This document shows positions 31,679 through 41,222 of a DNA stretch of 64,000 bases, in pieces. Under the pieces are notes generated by a model. That model saw only the letters and a list, made by a program, of their open reading frames with translations. It did not search any database and was not told the DNA's origin. The position numbers and the translations under genes were made by a program. This stretch comes from an uncultured Alphaproteobacteria bacterium (lineage in GTDB: Bacteria; Pseudomonadota; Alphaproteobacteria; HIMB59), in assembly GCA_902516235.1 (NCBI GenBank), contig CABXXO010000002.1, forward strand, positions 3,132 through 67,131, given 5' to 3'. Within the stretch, counting starts at the first letter, position 1. The number at the start of each line of letters is the position of its first letter.

Positions 31679-31750
31679 AATTAGGAGCAGTTCATAAAAG
31701 TTTCAAACAACTCCGTGTTGATATAGATTCTTGGTTATTCCCTCCTAGTT
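31679..31750 (+). ncRNA. Candidate small RNA
   Basis: AATTAGGAG (31679-87) pairs with CTCCTAGTT (31742-50) using a G-U pair on plus. Internal CAAC/GTTG hairpin; TTATTCCCTCC motif; TATTAT and TATGAT -10-like boxes just upstream. Confidence 0.4.
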
Positions 31751-33107
31751 ATAACGGACTGCTCCCTTTAACAAGGCTTGCTTGATTTTTGAATATATAA
31801 CGCATATGAAAATATACGAAAACTGAGCCTAGTAAATTTGTAAAAAATATGGCCCACCAAATGCCTATTAAGCCTTTTTCGAAAGTCTCTGAAAACAAAT
31901 ATATTAAAAATGGTGGTAAAAACACCAATCTAATAAAAGTATAGAAGACATTTACAGAGGGTTTTCTTAAACCAGAAAGCACAGAGTCACATCTATCAAT
32001 AACTTGATATATAAAAGCCAAGAACGCTACCATAAATAAGTAACTACCAGCAATAATTATTACCTCGCTATCTCTTGAAAAAAAACCAGCTATTCTCTCA
32101 CCTGCAAATATAAGTACAACTGCTCCAAATATCATCATTGTCAAAGATAACCTGAGTGAAATTAAAAAAGCCTCATAAATTCTCCCAAAATTCTTCGAAC
32201 CAAAATTTTGTCCAACCATACTTAATAAAGCACTACTAAATCCTATGGCTGGTAACAAAATAATTTGCTCAATTCTTAAAGCTATACCGTAAGCTGCACT
32301 AGCTGATGCACCATAACCTGTCACAAATTTCTGCATTATGAAGAAACCAACAGCTATCATAAACATATTCAAACTAGAAGGAATTGATTGTCTTAAAATT
32401 CTTAAGACAAATTTCAATTCTAGCCTAATATAATTGTAGCTGAAATAACTAAATAATGGGCTACGAATAGCATAGTAGCTTAGAAAGAAAAAATGAAATA
32501 ATTGAGATATGACTGTCGCAAGAGCTATGCCAAGTGTTCCCAAAGCAGGAAAAGGACCATAGCCTAAAGATAAGAATGGACTAAATATTAAATTAATAAA
32601 AAAGCTTATAATTAAAGCATTTCTATTTTTTTTGGTATCTCCTTGTGCATATAAAAGAGAATTGACAACAAAAGAAACTATAAAGATTGGGGCGCCAATT
32701 GATAGTATTTTAATATACTTAAGACCGTTAATTAAAAATATACCCTCCGCTCCAAAATATAAAAACACAGGTTTGGATAATAAAAAGGTTATAAGCCCTA
32801 TAGTAACAGAAACCAATAAAGTGATAACTAGTGCTTGAATATGTATCTTAATTGCTTCATTAAATTTTTTTTTGCCAATAGCTATAGAAACAAGAGCGGT
32901 TGTACCTTGTCCAAAACCTACAGCGAAGGCTAATAAAATAAAATATAAGGGGTAAGAAATAGATAAACCTGCAATAGCCTCTGTACTTATAAGACCTGCA
33001 TAAAAAGTATCAACAACATTATAAAGAGTATAAAACAACAGACCAGTTCCTGCTGGAACAGCCATACTAATTAATTGTTTTTTTATATCGCCATTAGTGA
33101 GATCCAT
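31749..33107 (-). CDS. MATE family efflux transporter
   Basis: MDLTNG start, YNVVDT, GIALAT, VGQNFG, GIW; about 12 TM segments. Confidence 0.93.
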   Translation of the reverse strand: MDLTNGDIKKQLISMAVPAGTGLLFYTLYNVVDTFYAGLISTEAIAGLSISYPLYFILLAFAVGFGQGTTALVSIAIGKKKFNEAIKIHIQALVITLLVSVTIGLITFLLSKPVFLYFGAEGIFLINGLKYIKILSIGAPIFIVSFVVNSLLYAQGDTKKNRNALIISFFINLIFSPFLSLGYGPFPALGTLGIALATVISQLFHFFFLSYYAIRSPLFSYFSYNYIRLELKFVLRILRQSIPSSLNMFMIAVGFFIMQKFVTGYGASASAAYGIALRIEQIILLPAIGFSSALLSMVGQNFGSKNFGRIYEAFLISLRLSLTMMIFGAVVLIFAGERIAGFFSRDSEVIIIAGSYLFMVAFLAFIYQVIDRCDSVLSGLRKPSVNVFYTFIRLVFLPPFLIYLFSETFEKGLIGIWWAIFFTNLLGSVFVYFHMRYIFKNQASLVKGSSPL

Positions 33108-33156
33108 TTAAAATTTATTAATTCCTAATTTTTTCAAGCAAGTTATTTCAATAGCT

Positions 33157-33540
33157 TTATTGAGATCTTGCGTGAATAAATGACTTAACACAAAGGAAAA
33201 TAAAAAAAATTCCAGTCAAAAGCATCATTATTTTTGATATATCTGCCCAAAAATTAATAAAAATTGTGTCAATACCTCGTAAAATATCTAAACCTCCTAA
33301 AACTACAACTAATCCAATAAAAACTACAATATGCATAAAAAGCTTCTTTCTTCTTGGAACATATAAAGCCAAAAGAGAAAAAAATAATATACAGACTCCA
33401 ATTAAGGAGGGTATGTAAGATGTAATTGAGCTACTCTGACTAAACAGACTAATAAAAACCCCCCAAATTATTAAAAAAATTCCATAGAAAGAAGATATTT
33501 TTTCCATGTTGTAACTTAAGAATTTGAATTCTTGAACCAT
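33157..33540 (-). CDS. Hypothetical membrane protein
   Basis: Four hydrophobic segments, SITSYIPS, MHI, SFIHAR. The start may be ATG 33507. Confidence 0.7.
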   Translation of the reverse strand: MVQEFKFLSYNMEKISSFYGIFLIIWGVFISLFSQSSSITSYIPSLIGVCILFFSLLALYVPRRKKLFMHIVVFIGLVVVLGGLDILRGIDTIFINFWADISKIMMLLTGIFFIFLCVKSFIHARSQ

Positions 33541-33596
33541 GCTTTTTCTTACACTAATTAATTGCTCTATTCAAATAACTTATGTAATAAGGCTCA

Positions 33597-34100
33597 ATGA
33601 AAAAAATTTTTATCTATTCTTCCTCCAATGGACAATCCTTAAAAATTTGTGAAACTCTTAATGAAGAAAAAGAGTCTTTAATATTAAATATAGACAGATT
33701 AAATAGTGTTAATTTAGATAATTTCGATCAGATAATTATCGGTGCGTCAGTAAAATATGGAGATCATAATAAGAAAATTTATAATTTTGTTAAAAATAAT
33801 AAAATTTTACTTAAAAGAAAAAAAACAGTTTTTTTTTCTGTAAATGCTACCGCAAGGAAATCTGAGAAAAATACACCTAATACAAATCCATATATTATAA
33901 AGTTTCTAAAAAAAACTAATTGGAAACCAGATCATATTGGAGTATTTGCTGGAAAGATAGATTTTCCAAATTATAACTTTTTAGAAAAATACATAATTAA
34001 GTTTATTATGTGGATAACAAATGGCCCAACGGATACAACAAAAACTTATGAATTTACAGATTGGGATGCAGTTAAAAAATTTTCTAGAGAAATCAATTAA
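33597..34100 (+). CDS. hemG: Flavodoxin-type protoporphyrinogen IX dehydrogenase
   Basis: YSSSNGQ, IGASVKYG, FFSVNATARK, NPY, FAG, TDW. Confidence 0.9.
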   Translation: MKKIFIYSSSNGQSLKICETLNEEKESLILNIDRLNSVNLDNFDQIIIGASVKYGDHNKKIYNFVKNNKILLKRKKTVFFSVNATARKSEKNTPNTNPYIIKFLKKTNWKPDHIGVFAGKIDFPNYNFLEKYIIKFIMWITNGPTDTTKTYEFTDWDAVKKFSREIN

Positions 34101-34921
34101 TCCCAAATAGCGTTTGGTGGCATTGACATCAGTATAGCATCAATATTTCCATTAGTTTTTAGTCCAAAAAGAGTTCCACGATCATAAAGTAAATTAAATT
34201 CCACATAGCGAGACCTTTTTTTCATTAAAAGATGGAGGTCATTTTCATTATATTTTAAATCTTTCTTTCTTGTTACATTTTCAATTACAAAATTTATAAA
34301 ACACTGACCAATATCTCTCACAAAAGAAAAGTCTTTTTCAAAATTGTCATGCATATAATCGAAAAATATTCCTCCAATACCTCTAGATTCTTTCCTATGT
34401 TGTAAGTAAAAATATTTGTCACATTCCTTTTTAAATTTGCTGTAAAAATCAGAATTGTGTTGGTCACAAGTTCTTTTTAAAACTTTATGAAAGTTTTCTG
34501 TTTCTAAATTTTCAGGAATTGCTGGAGTAAGATCACAACCTCCGCCAAACCATTGACTTTCATTTGTAGTAATATAGCGCGTATTAAAATGTGCAGCAGC
34601 TATTTTAGGGTTTTTCATATGGGCAACTACAGAAATTCCAGATGCCCAGAATTTTCCATCTTTATCTGTTCCAGGCATACTTTTTCTAATATCTTCACTA
34701 AAAACACCGTGAACAGTTGATATATTTACTCCTACTTTTTCAAAAATATCTCCCTTTAATACAGACATTAGCCCACCACCTCCACCTGGCCTTTGCCAAC
34801 TTTTTTCTTTAAATCTTGAATTATCAACTTTTTGAATAGCTCCAATCATTTGACTTCGGAGTTCTTGAAACCACCTTTCTGCTTTGATTTGCTGGTTTTT
34901 TATTAGATCACTCATACCCAC
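34097..34921 (-). CDS. hemF: Oxygen-dependent coproporphyrinogen III oxidase
   Basis: FEKVGVN, HFNTR, WFGGGCDLTP, RGIGGIFFD, RYVEFNLLYDRGT. Confidence 0.97.
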   Translation of the reverse strand: MGMSDLIKNQQIKAERWFQELRSQMIGAIQKVDNSRFKEKSWQRPGGGGGLMSVLKGDIFEKVGVNISTVHGVFSEDIRKSMPGTDKDGKFWASGISVVAHMKNPKIAAAHFNTRYITTNESQWFGGGCDLTPAIPENLETENFHKVLKRTCDQHNSDFYSKFKKECDKYFYLQHRKESRGIGGIFFDYMHDNFEKDFSFVRDIGQCFINFVIENVTRKKDLKYNENDLHLLMKKRSRYVEFNLLYDRGTLFGLKTNGNIDAILMSMPPNAIWD

Positions 34922-35934
34922 CCATGTAGTTCGTTTTCTAACAACGAAGTGAGTAGGAGTATATGATCTTCTCGATCATTAAGACAAGGAATATATCCAA
35001 ATTCCTTTCCACCATTTTCCATAAATATTTCTCTATTTTCTTCATTAAGTTCTTCAATAGTCTCGAGACAGTCTGAAGAAAAAGCTGGACTAATAACATG
35101 AATATGGTCTGTGCCATTTTTTGCCAAGCTCTCAATTGTTTTATCTGTATATGGTTGAAGCCACTCTGCTGGTCCAAACCTAGATTGGAATGTTGTCATG
35201 TAGCTTTCTTCTGGTAAACCCATGGCCTCGGCTACTAATCTAGTAGTTTTTCTACAAAAACAGTGATACGGATCTCCTTTGTCTAAATATTTTTTTGGGA
35301 CACCATGATAGCTAAATAAGATTTTTTTAGGTTTGTCGTTTTTATCCCAGAACTCTTCAATACTATTTTTAAGTGCTTTTATGTAAAGCTCATGTTCGTA
35401 ATAGCCTCCAATAAAACGTAGAGAAGGTACCCAACGCCAATTTTGTAATTCTTCTGCAACTGCATCAAATGTTGATCCTGTTGTAGCTGCACAATATTGA
35501 GGATATAAAGGTAGGACAATAATACGATCACAATTTTGATTACGTAAGTTATTCAAACCTTTAGAAATACTTGGGTTGCCATAGCGCATTCCAATATCAA
35601 ATACGATATTTTTATATTTTTTACTAATTACATTTTTAATTTTTGTTAACTGTGATTCAGTGTGATACAAAAGCGGAGATCCTTTTTCAGTCCAAACAGA
35701 TTTATAATTTTTAGCAGACTTTGCAGGTCGAGTATTTAAAACTATACCGTTAAGTATTGGCCACCAAATGGCTTTTGGCGTTTCTATTACACGTTTATCT
35801 GATAGAAATTGTTTTAAGTAAATTTTTAAAGAAGATTTAGTTGGCTCATCTGGTGTTCCTAAATTTGTTAATAGGATACCTGTTTTCAAACCAGATCCAT
35901 GAACATAGAGTTTATTACCTTTAAAAGTAGCCAT
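34912..35934 (-). CDS. hemH: Ferrochelatase
   Basis: NLGTP, GMRYGNP, PLYPQY, SYHG, FQSRFG, DCLET. Confidence 0.97.
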   Translation of the reverse strand: MATFKGNKLYVHGSGLKTGILLTNLGTPDEPTKSSLKIYLKQFLSDKRVIETPKAIWWPILNGIVLNTRPAKSAKNYKSVWTEKGSPLLYHTESQLTKIKNVISKKYKNIVFDIGMRYGNPSISKGLNNLRNQNCDRIIVLPLYPQYCAATTGSTFDAVAEELQNWRWVPSLRFIGGYYEHELYIKALKNSIEEFWDKNDKPKKILFSYHGVPKKYLDKGDPYHCFCRKTTRLVAEAMGLPEESYMTTFQSRFGPAEWLQPYTDKTIESLAKNGTDHIHVISPAFSSDCLETIEELNEENREIFMENGGKEFGYIPCLNDREDHILLLTSLLENELHGWV

Positions 35935-35943
35935 TGAAAAACA

Positions 35944-36969
35944 TTACGATTTTAGAGATAATTTAGTTCTTATCTTTTCTATGAATAGGTGAACGTTAGC
36001 CTCAGGTGTAGTTTTTTTTACACCATGATCCAGGCTAGCTATCCAACCTGATCTGTGGGATATATCATTTTGCATACATTTTTCTATATACTCATCGATG
36101 ATGTGTGAAAAAGCTTTTGTGTCTTCCATAGCTAGTAAATTATTTGAAAAATTTCCTTGTAAAGATAAGTGCGTTTTTGGTAATTCACTAAATATCTCCA
36201 AATTGGATCCAAGTACTGTTAGTTTTAAATTTTCTAATCTTTGCAATTTACTAAATTTGTTTTGAGAAATTTTTTTTGTAAAATAACCAATCTTATTGGG
36301 ATAACTATCTGCAATTTTTTTTATAAAAGGAATTACAAACTTATCAAATTCTTCATCATTAAGATTATTAGCCTCAGTATCAAAAATCATCAATAGATCT
36401 ATGTCACTTTGAAACTGAATTTGGATATTTTTATGTATTAACTTTTCTAAGATTGGTAGGGTTTGTTGAAATAATGTTCCTGATACAGGATTATTTCTGA
36501 TTGCAAAATGGTATAAAGTTAAAGGTCCTCCAGTAAAACCAATTAAGGACTTATCATTTGGTAATTCATTTCTAATAAGATTGAGTGATTTACTTTGAAA
36601 TTCCATAAAACTATCAAATTCATCAATATTAAACTCTGATATCATTTTAGAATTTAAATTTCTTTCAAATACGGGGCCGGGTTTAAATTTCAAGCCCATC
36701 CCTAAATAATCTAAAGGAAAAAGTATATCGCTGAATAGTATTGCAGCATCAAAGTCAAACTCAGCTATAGGTCCTAGAGTCACTTTACAAGCAAGCTCAG
36801 GCTCTTTGCATAATTGTTCAAAAGAATATGTTTTTTTTAAAGTTCTATAATGCTGATGGTATCGACCAGCTTGTCTCATCAGCCAAATAGGGGGTACTTT
36901 TTGCTCCACTTTATTTAAAGCATTGTGAAATTTTTTGTTATAAGTATTTTGCAATATCTCTTGCTCCAT
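35944..36969 (-). CDS. hemE: Uroporphyrinogen decarboxylase (divergent)
   Basis: PIWLMRQAGRY, DAAILFSDIL, QGN, HG motifs. Confidence 0.92.
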   Translation of the reverse strand: MEQEILQNTYNKKFHNALNKVEQKVPPIWLMRQAGRYHQHYRTLKKTYSFEQLCKEPELACKVTLGPIAEFDFDAAILFSDILFPLDYLGMGLKFKPGPVFERNLNSKMISEFNIDEFDSFMEFQSKSLNLIRNELPNDKSLIGFTGGPLTLYHFAIRNNPVSGTLFQQTLPILEKLIHKNIQIQFQSDIDLLMIFDTEANNLNDEEFDKFVIPFIKKIADSYPNKIGYFTKKISQNKFSKLQRLENLKLTVLGSNLEIFSELPKTHLSLQGNFSNNLLAMEDTKAFSHIIDEYIEKCMQNDISHRSGWIASLDHGVKKTTPEANVHLFIEKIRTKLSLKS

Positions 36970-37861
36970 AAGTAATAATAAAATCTGATTGTGCTCTTTT
37001 AAAGACCACCAAAGACTCTCTTAGTAAATCAATATAGTTGCCAAAATTAGCTTTACTAAGCATTTGCAAACTGGCAAATTCACCACTTACTTGGAACGCC
37101 CCGGTAGGTAGTAGTGTTTCTTTTTTTATATCTACAATTAAATCAATTGATGTCATTCCAGGTTTAACCATTAAATAATTCGCTCCTTGCGCAGCATTAT
37201 TTATAGAACTATTGATTGCTTTTTTTTTGTCTGCAACCGGCAACTGATATGATGATCGATCAAAACCTTTAGGTGATGATTTTGCTACATCTCTAAACGG
37301 ACCATAAAAATGGCTTTTAAATTTTGCTGAGTAGCTCATAATCTGTGAATTAGAAAATCCATTTTGTGCAAAGATCTTTCTCAAGTATTTTGTTGTATTT
37401 TTCATCATATCACTCGGAGCTATTATATCAGCACCTGCCTCAAGATATGTATTTGCCGCTAATCCTAAGGAGTAATGAGTTTTAATAAGATCAATAGATT
37501 TTTGATGAGTAATTCCACAATGTCCATCATGCGTAATAGAACACAGGCACGTATCGATGAGCAATACTATATCTTTGCCAAAATATTTTTTAATTTTTCT
37601 TATGACCTCGTAGTGAAAGCTAAAATCTTCAGGATTTTTTTGTTTTTGAAGAGGAACAATAAACAAAAGAATGTTACTTATACCCCTTTTAAGATCTTTC
37701 TCAATTGCCTTAATGACATTAGAAGATGACCAACTTCTATTATCGCCTAATCCTTTTATTTTTTTTGAGTCATTAACTTTTTGGTCTACAAAAAAAGGCT
37801 GTATCAACATTTTCTTTTTAATCGAATTTGATCGATCTATAGGGAAATAATTTTTAATCAT
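36938..37861 (-). CDS. hemB: Porphobilinogen synthase (Zn-type Cys motif)
   Basis: DTCLCSITHDGHCG, APSDMM, FYGPFRD, MVKPG, QVSGE. Confidence 0.95.
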   Translation of the reverse strand: MIKNYFPIDRSNSIKKKMLIQPFFVDQKVNDSKKIKGLGDNRSWSSSNVIKAIEKDLKRGISNILLFIVPLQKQKNPEDFSFHYEVIRKIKKYFGKDIVLLIDTCLCSITHDGHCGITHQKSIDLIKTHYSLGLAANTYLEAGADIIAPSDMMKNTTKYLRKIFAQNGFSNSQIMSYSAKFKSHFYGPFRDVAKSSPKGFDRSSYQLPVADKKKAINSSINNAAQGANYLMVKPGMTSIDLIVDIKKETLLPTGAFQVSGEFASLQMLSKANFGNYIDLLRESLVVFKRAQSDFIITYGARDIAKYL

Positions 37862-39336
37862 TTAAGTTCAAATTTTTTAAAATCTTCATATGTAAGATAT
37901 ATGTTTAATTGATTTTTAGGAATAAATTTAGAAATTTGAATATAAGTTTGTCCAGGACCGCATGCATTACGTTTATTCATTATTTCTGGCCTGAGTTGTA
38001 TAGCCATCTTGAAAGCAGAAAAGCTCATCCAATAAAAGCTCTCAGCTATAAATAAATTATCAATAGTAGTATCGTTAATAAGAGGGGTTAGACTGTAATG
38101 AGATATTATAGGAAATTTACTTTTTAAATTATTTTCCTTGTATGTGAGTTTGTAAGTATAGTTCTTATTGCCTTTGTAAACGTTTTCAATTTCACGGTAA
38201 TTTTCTCCAAAACCATCCAGAGATGAATTTACAAGAATACCTTTTTTATTTATTTTTTTCCAAGAAGTGACACCAGAAGTAATTAGATTTGATACAGTTT
38301 TTAAAGTCCCAAATTCTTTAAAGTCTGCTCTAGTTGCTAGAACGTTTTTATTCTTTAGAGTTTTGCTAAATTTATGCAAATCTCTCCTGAACATCTGATA
38401 TTTAGAGATGTTTGAAGGAAATATATTTTTCACTTTTTTTACACGCTTACTATTGAGGTATCTTTTTTCATAAAAATATTTTTTTGTTTGAGTGTCTTTA
38501 CCTCGAGCAAATAAAATTTTTTCATTTAAAACATTTTCAATTGTTACCCCTATGTCTAGATTACAACCCCCTCCCCACTTATATAAATATTTTCTCTCCT
38601 TGTAACAATCTTCAGAAGTGGGCATATGATTTATTTTTTCTAAAATTTTTTTAATTTTTTCATCATCATTCCTGAATTCTAAAGCAATACATCCCTGAGC
38701 TGCGGCGCTTGGAAATTCAGAAATTGGCAAAATAACATTTTCAAACTTTTCAAAATTTAATCTAAAATTTTTATAATCTTTCTTGTCAATTTTTTGGCCA
38801 TATTTCAAAATTCTGTCTATAGCAGCCTTTGCTATAAATAATCCATCCTCCTTAGAAGAATTTAAAACTTTTTCTAATCTTGAAGGAACATTGCCTCTAA
38901 TTTGAATTGATTTTAATTCCTGATATGGGAGGAATTCCTTTAATTTTTTTAAATAATATTTTCTTCTTGGTGAAGAAGTTCCTATTACTAATTTTTTTTT
39001 ATTTAATGAAGATCTTTTTATTAGAATAATATCTCTTGGATCATCTCTTTTAAGACAAACAAAAGAAGTTTTATTGAGATTTTTAACAGGCAGGTCCTTG
39101 AATGAATGAACTACAACATCTGCCTCTTTAGAAACTAATTTCTTTGAGAGAGAATTTGTAAATATTCCAAAACCATGCTGCTCCCAAGCATTAGCCAAAA
39201 GATGCTTGTCACCTACACTAGATGAGTAATGAATATCTATTAAATTTTTTTTAATCTTATTTATTTCTATTTTAGCTATATATGTTTGAATTTTAGCTAG
39301 AAAACTTTTTCTTGATAATAGAACTATTTTTTTCAT
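37858..39336 (-). CDS. hemC: Hydroxymethylbilane synthase with a long C-terminal extension (possible HemC-HemD fusion)
   Basis: VHSFKDLP, GTSSPRR, IRGNV, AAAQG, GGGC cofactor Cys. 492 aa versus about 310 for typical HemC. Confidence 0.88.
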   Translation of the reverse strand: MKKIVLLSRKSFLAKIQTYIAKIEINKIKKNLIDIHYSSSVGDKHLLANAWEQHGFGIFTNSLSKKLVSKEADVVVHSFKDLPVKNLNKTSFVCLKRDDPRDIILIKRSSLNKKKLVIGTSSPRRKYYLKKLKEFLPYQELKSIQIRGNVPSRLEKVLNSSKEDGLFIAKAAIDRILKYGQKIDKKDYKNFRLNFEKFENVILPISEFPSAAAQGCIALEFRNDDEKIKKILEKINHMPTSEDCYKERKYLYKWGGGCNLDIGVTIENVLNEKILFARGKDTQTKKYFYEKRYLNSKRVKKVKNIFPSNISKYQMFRRDLHKFSKTLKNKNVLATRADFKEFGTLKTVSNLITSGVTSWKKINKKGILVNSSLDGFGENYREIENVYKGNKNYTYKLTYKENNLKSKFPIISHYSLTPLINDTTIDNLFIAESFYWMSFSAFKMAIQLRPEIMNKRNACGPGQTYIQISKFIPKNQLNIYLTYEDFKKFELK

Positions 39337-39452
39337 ATCTTATGATGACATTAAGAAATAACAAATAATCAACCTTAATACAATTTAACCGAGACTTAAT
39401 GGTCAATATGTACTTAAGTAAAAATATGTTATAGCTATGCATTATTCAAAAG

Positions 39453-40130
39453 ATGAGTCAGAAATCAGTTTTAATTGTAGGTGCAGGATCAGGTTTAAGT
39501 GCCTCATTAGCTAGAATCTTTCATTCAAAAGGTATGAAAATTGTTCTAGCTGCAAGAAATATTGAAAAACTTAGCTCTTTAAAACAAGAGACTGATGCTT
39601 TGGTTTTTAAGTGTGACTCAACTGAAAATAAAAGTGTTTATGATTTATTCTCACAAACTGATTCAACTATCGGTACCCCAGAAATCGTTATATACAATCC
39701 ATCTCTTAGAATAGTAAAACCTTTTGTAGAATATGACCCTGACGAGATGCTTCAATCAATAAAAGTAAATAGCTACGGGGCGTTCTTAGTAGCGCATGAA
39801 TCAGCAAAAAGAATGATTAAATCAGGTCAAGGAAATATTTTTTTTACAGGCTCATCTGCAAGTGTTAAAGGATTTGCTAAATCTGCATCTTTTGCAATTG
39901 GCAAGTTTGGATTAAGAGGCTTAGCTCAATCATTGGCTAGAGAATTACACCCACAAAATATTCACATTGGTCATTTTGTGATTGATGGAGGGATTGGCAG
40001 AGAGCCAATTGGAAATTATCAAATGATACACCCTGATGAAATTGCAAAACAATACCTTAACTTCTACCAACAAGATAAAAAATCCTGGTCTTGGGAAATT
40101 GAAATTAGAACTAATACAGAAAAATTTTAG
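39453..40130 (+). CDS. SDR family oxidoreductase (atypical, FxxxK)
   Basis: VGAGSGLS, FAIGKFGLRGLAQS, VIDGGI. Confidence 0.9.
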   Translation: MSQKSVLIVGAGSGLSASLARIFHSKGMKIVLAARNIEKLSSLKQETDALVFKCDSTENKSVYDLFSQTDSTIGTPEIVIYNPSLRIVKPFVEYDPDEMLQSIKVNSYGAFLVAHESAKRMIKSGQGNIFFTGSSASVKGFAKSASFAIGKFGLRGLAQSLARELHPQNIHIGHFVIDGGIGREPIGNYQMIHPDEIAKQYLNFYQQDKKSWSWEIEIRTNTEKF

Positions 40131-40139
40131 AAAAATACT

Positions 40140-41159
40140 TTGGAAATAGGTATAGACAGTTTTGCTGATAAAAGAGAAGGATCAGATAGTGCCAAAGCTA
40201 TAAATAACGTCATTGATAGAATTATTTTTGCTGATGACTTAGGTTTAAATTCATTTGGAATAGGTGAGCACCATCGAAAAGAATTTTTAGACTCTGCTCC
40301 ATTCATGATTTTATCTGCAGCTGCAGCAAAAACAAAAAAAATAAAGTTGATAAGCGCTGTAACTGTTCTAAGTGCAGCAGATCCTGTTCGTGTATTTCAA
40401 AATTTATCTACTCTTGACCTTATATCTGGTGGTAGAGCAGAAATGGTTGCGGGTAGAGGATCATTTTCTGAAGCATTTCCTTTATTTGGTTTAGATTTTA
40501 AAGACTACGATGATTTATTTATTGAAAAACTTAATTTACTTCTGAATATAAGAGAAAACGAATTTGTCAGTTGGTCAGGTAAATATAGACCCTCAATAAA
40601 TAATTTACCTGTTTACCCAAGACCTATCCAAAACCCAGTACCAATTTGGTTAGGTGTTGGCGGGACTCCTCAATCTTTTGCAAGAGCTGGATCAATGGGT
40701 TTGCCTTTAATGATTGCAATTATTGGGGGTAATACCCACCGTTTCAAACCTTTAGTAGATATTTATAGACAAGCTGGTAAAGAATCTGGACATCCTCCTG
40801 AAAAACTCTCTGTGGGACTTCATTCCTTAGGCTATGTAGCAAATAGTATGGATGAGGCAATTAATTTGTATTATGAGGGTTACTATAAAATGTTCACAAA
40901 AATTGGAAGAGAAAGAGGCTGGGGTCCTGTCACTAGAGATCAATTTGACAATCAGATAGGCCCATTAGGTGCGATAGTCTTAGGAGATCCTGATCAAGTA
41001 GCGAAAAAAATTATTCGACATAGTGAAGCTCTTGGAGGAATTGATAGATTCCAATTTCAAATGGATATTGCTGATATTACACATGAAAATTTAATTAAAT
41101 CCATTGAACTCATTGGCAAAGAGGTAATTCCTAAGATAAATAGGACAAAAAGCCCCTAA
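40140..41159 (+). CDS. LLM-class flavin-dependent oxidoreductase (luciferase-like)
   Basis: GEHH, AVTVLSAADPVRV, GRGSF, GVGGTPQS. Confidence 0.92.
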   Translation: MEIGIDSFADKREGSDSAKAINNVIDRIIFADDLGLNSFGIGEHHRKEFLDSAPFMILSAAAAKTKKIKLISAVTVLSAADPVRVFQNLSTLDLISGGRAEMVAGRGSFSEAFPLFGLDFKDYDDLFIEKLNLLLNIRENEFVSWSGKYRPSINNLPVYPRPIQNPVPIWLGVGGTPQSFARAGSMGLPLMIAIIGGNTHRFKPLVDIYRQAGKESGHPPEKLSVGLHSLGYVANSMDEAINLYYEGYYKMFTKIGRERGWGPVTRDQFDNQIGPLGAIVLGDPDQVAKKIIRHSEALGGIDRFQFQMDIADITHENLIKSIELIGKEVIPKINRTKSP

Positions 41160-41222
41160 ATATAAGCTTTATGCGTCTTTATTGCAGTATCTTTTAGAAT
41201 AGTAAAAAATAAATTAATATTT

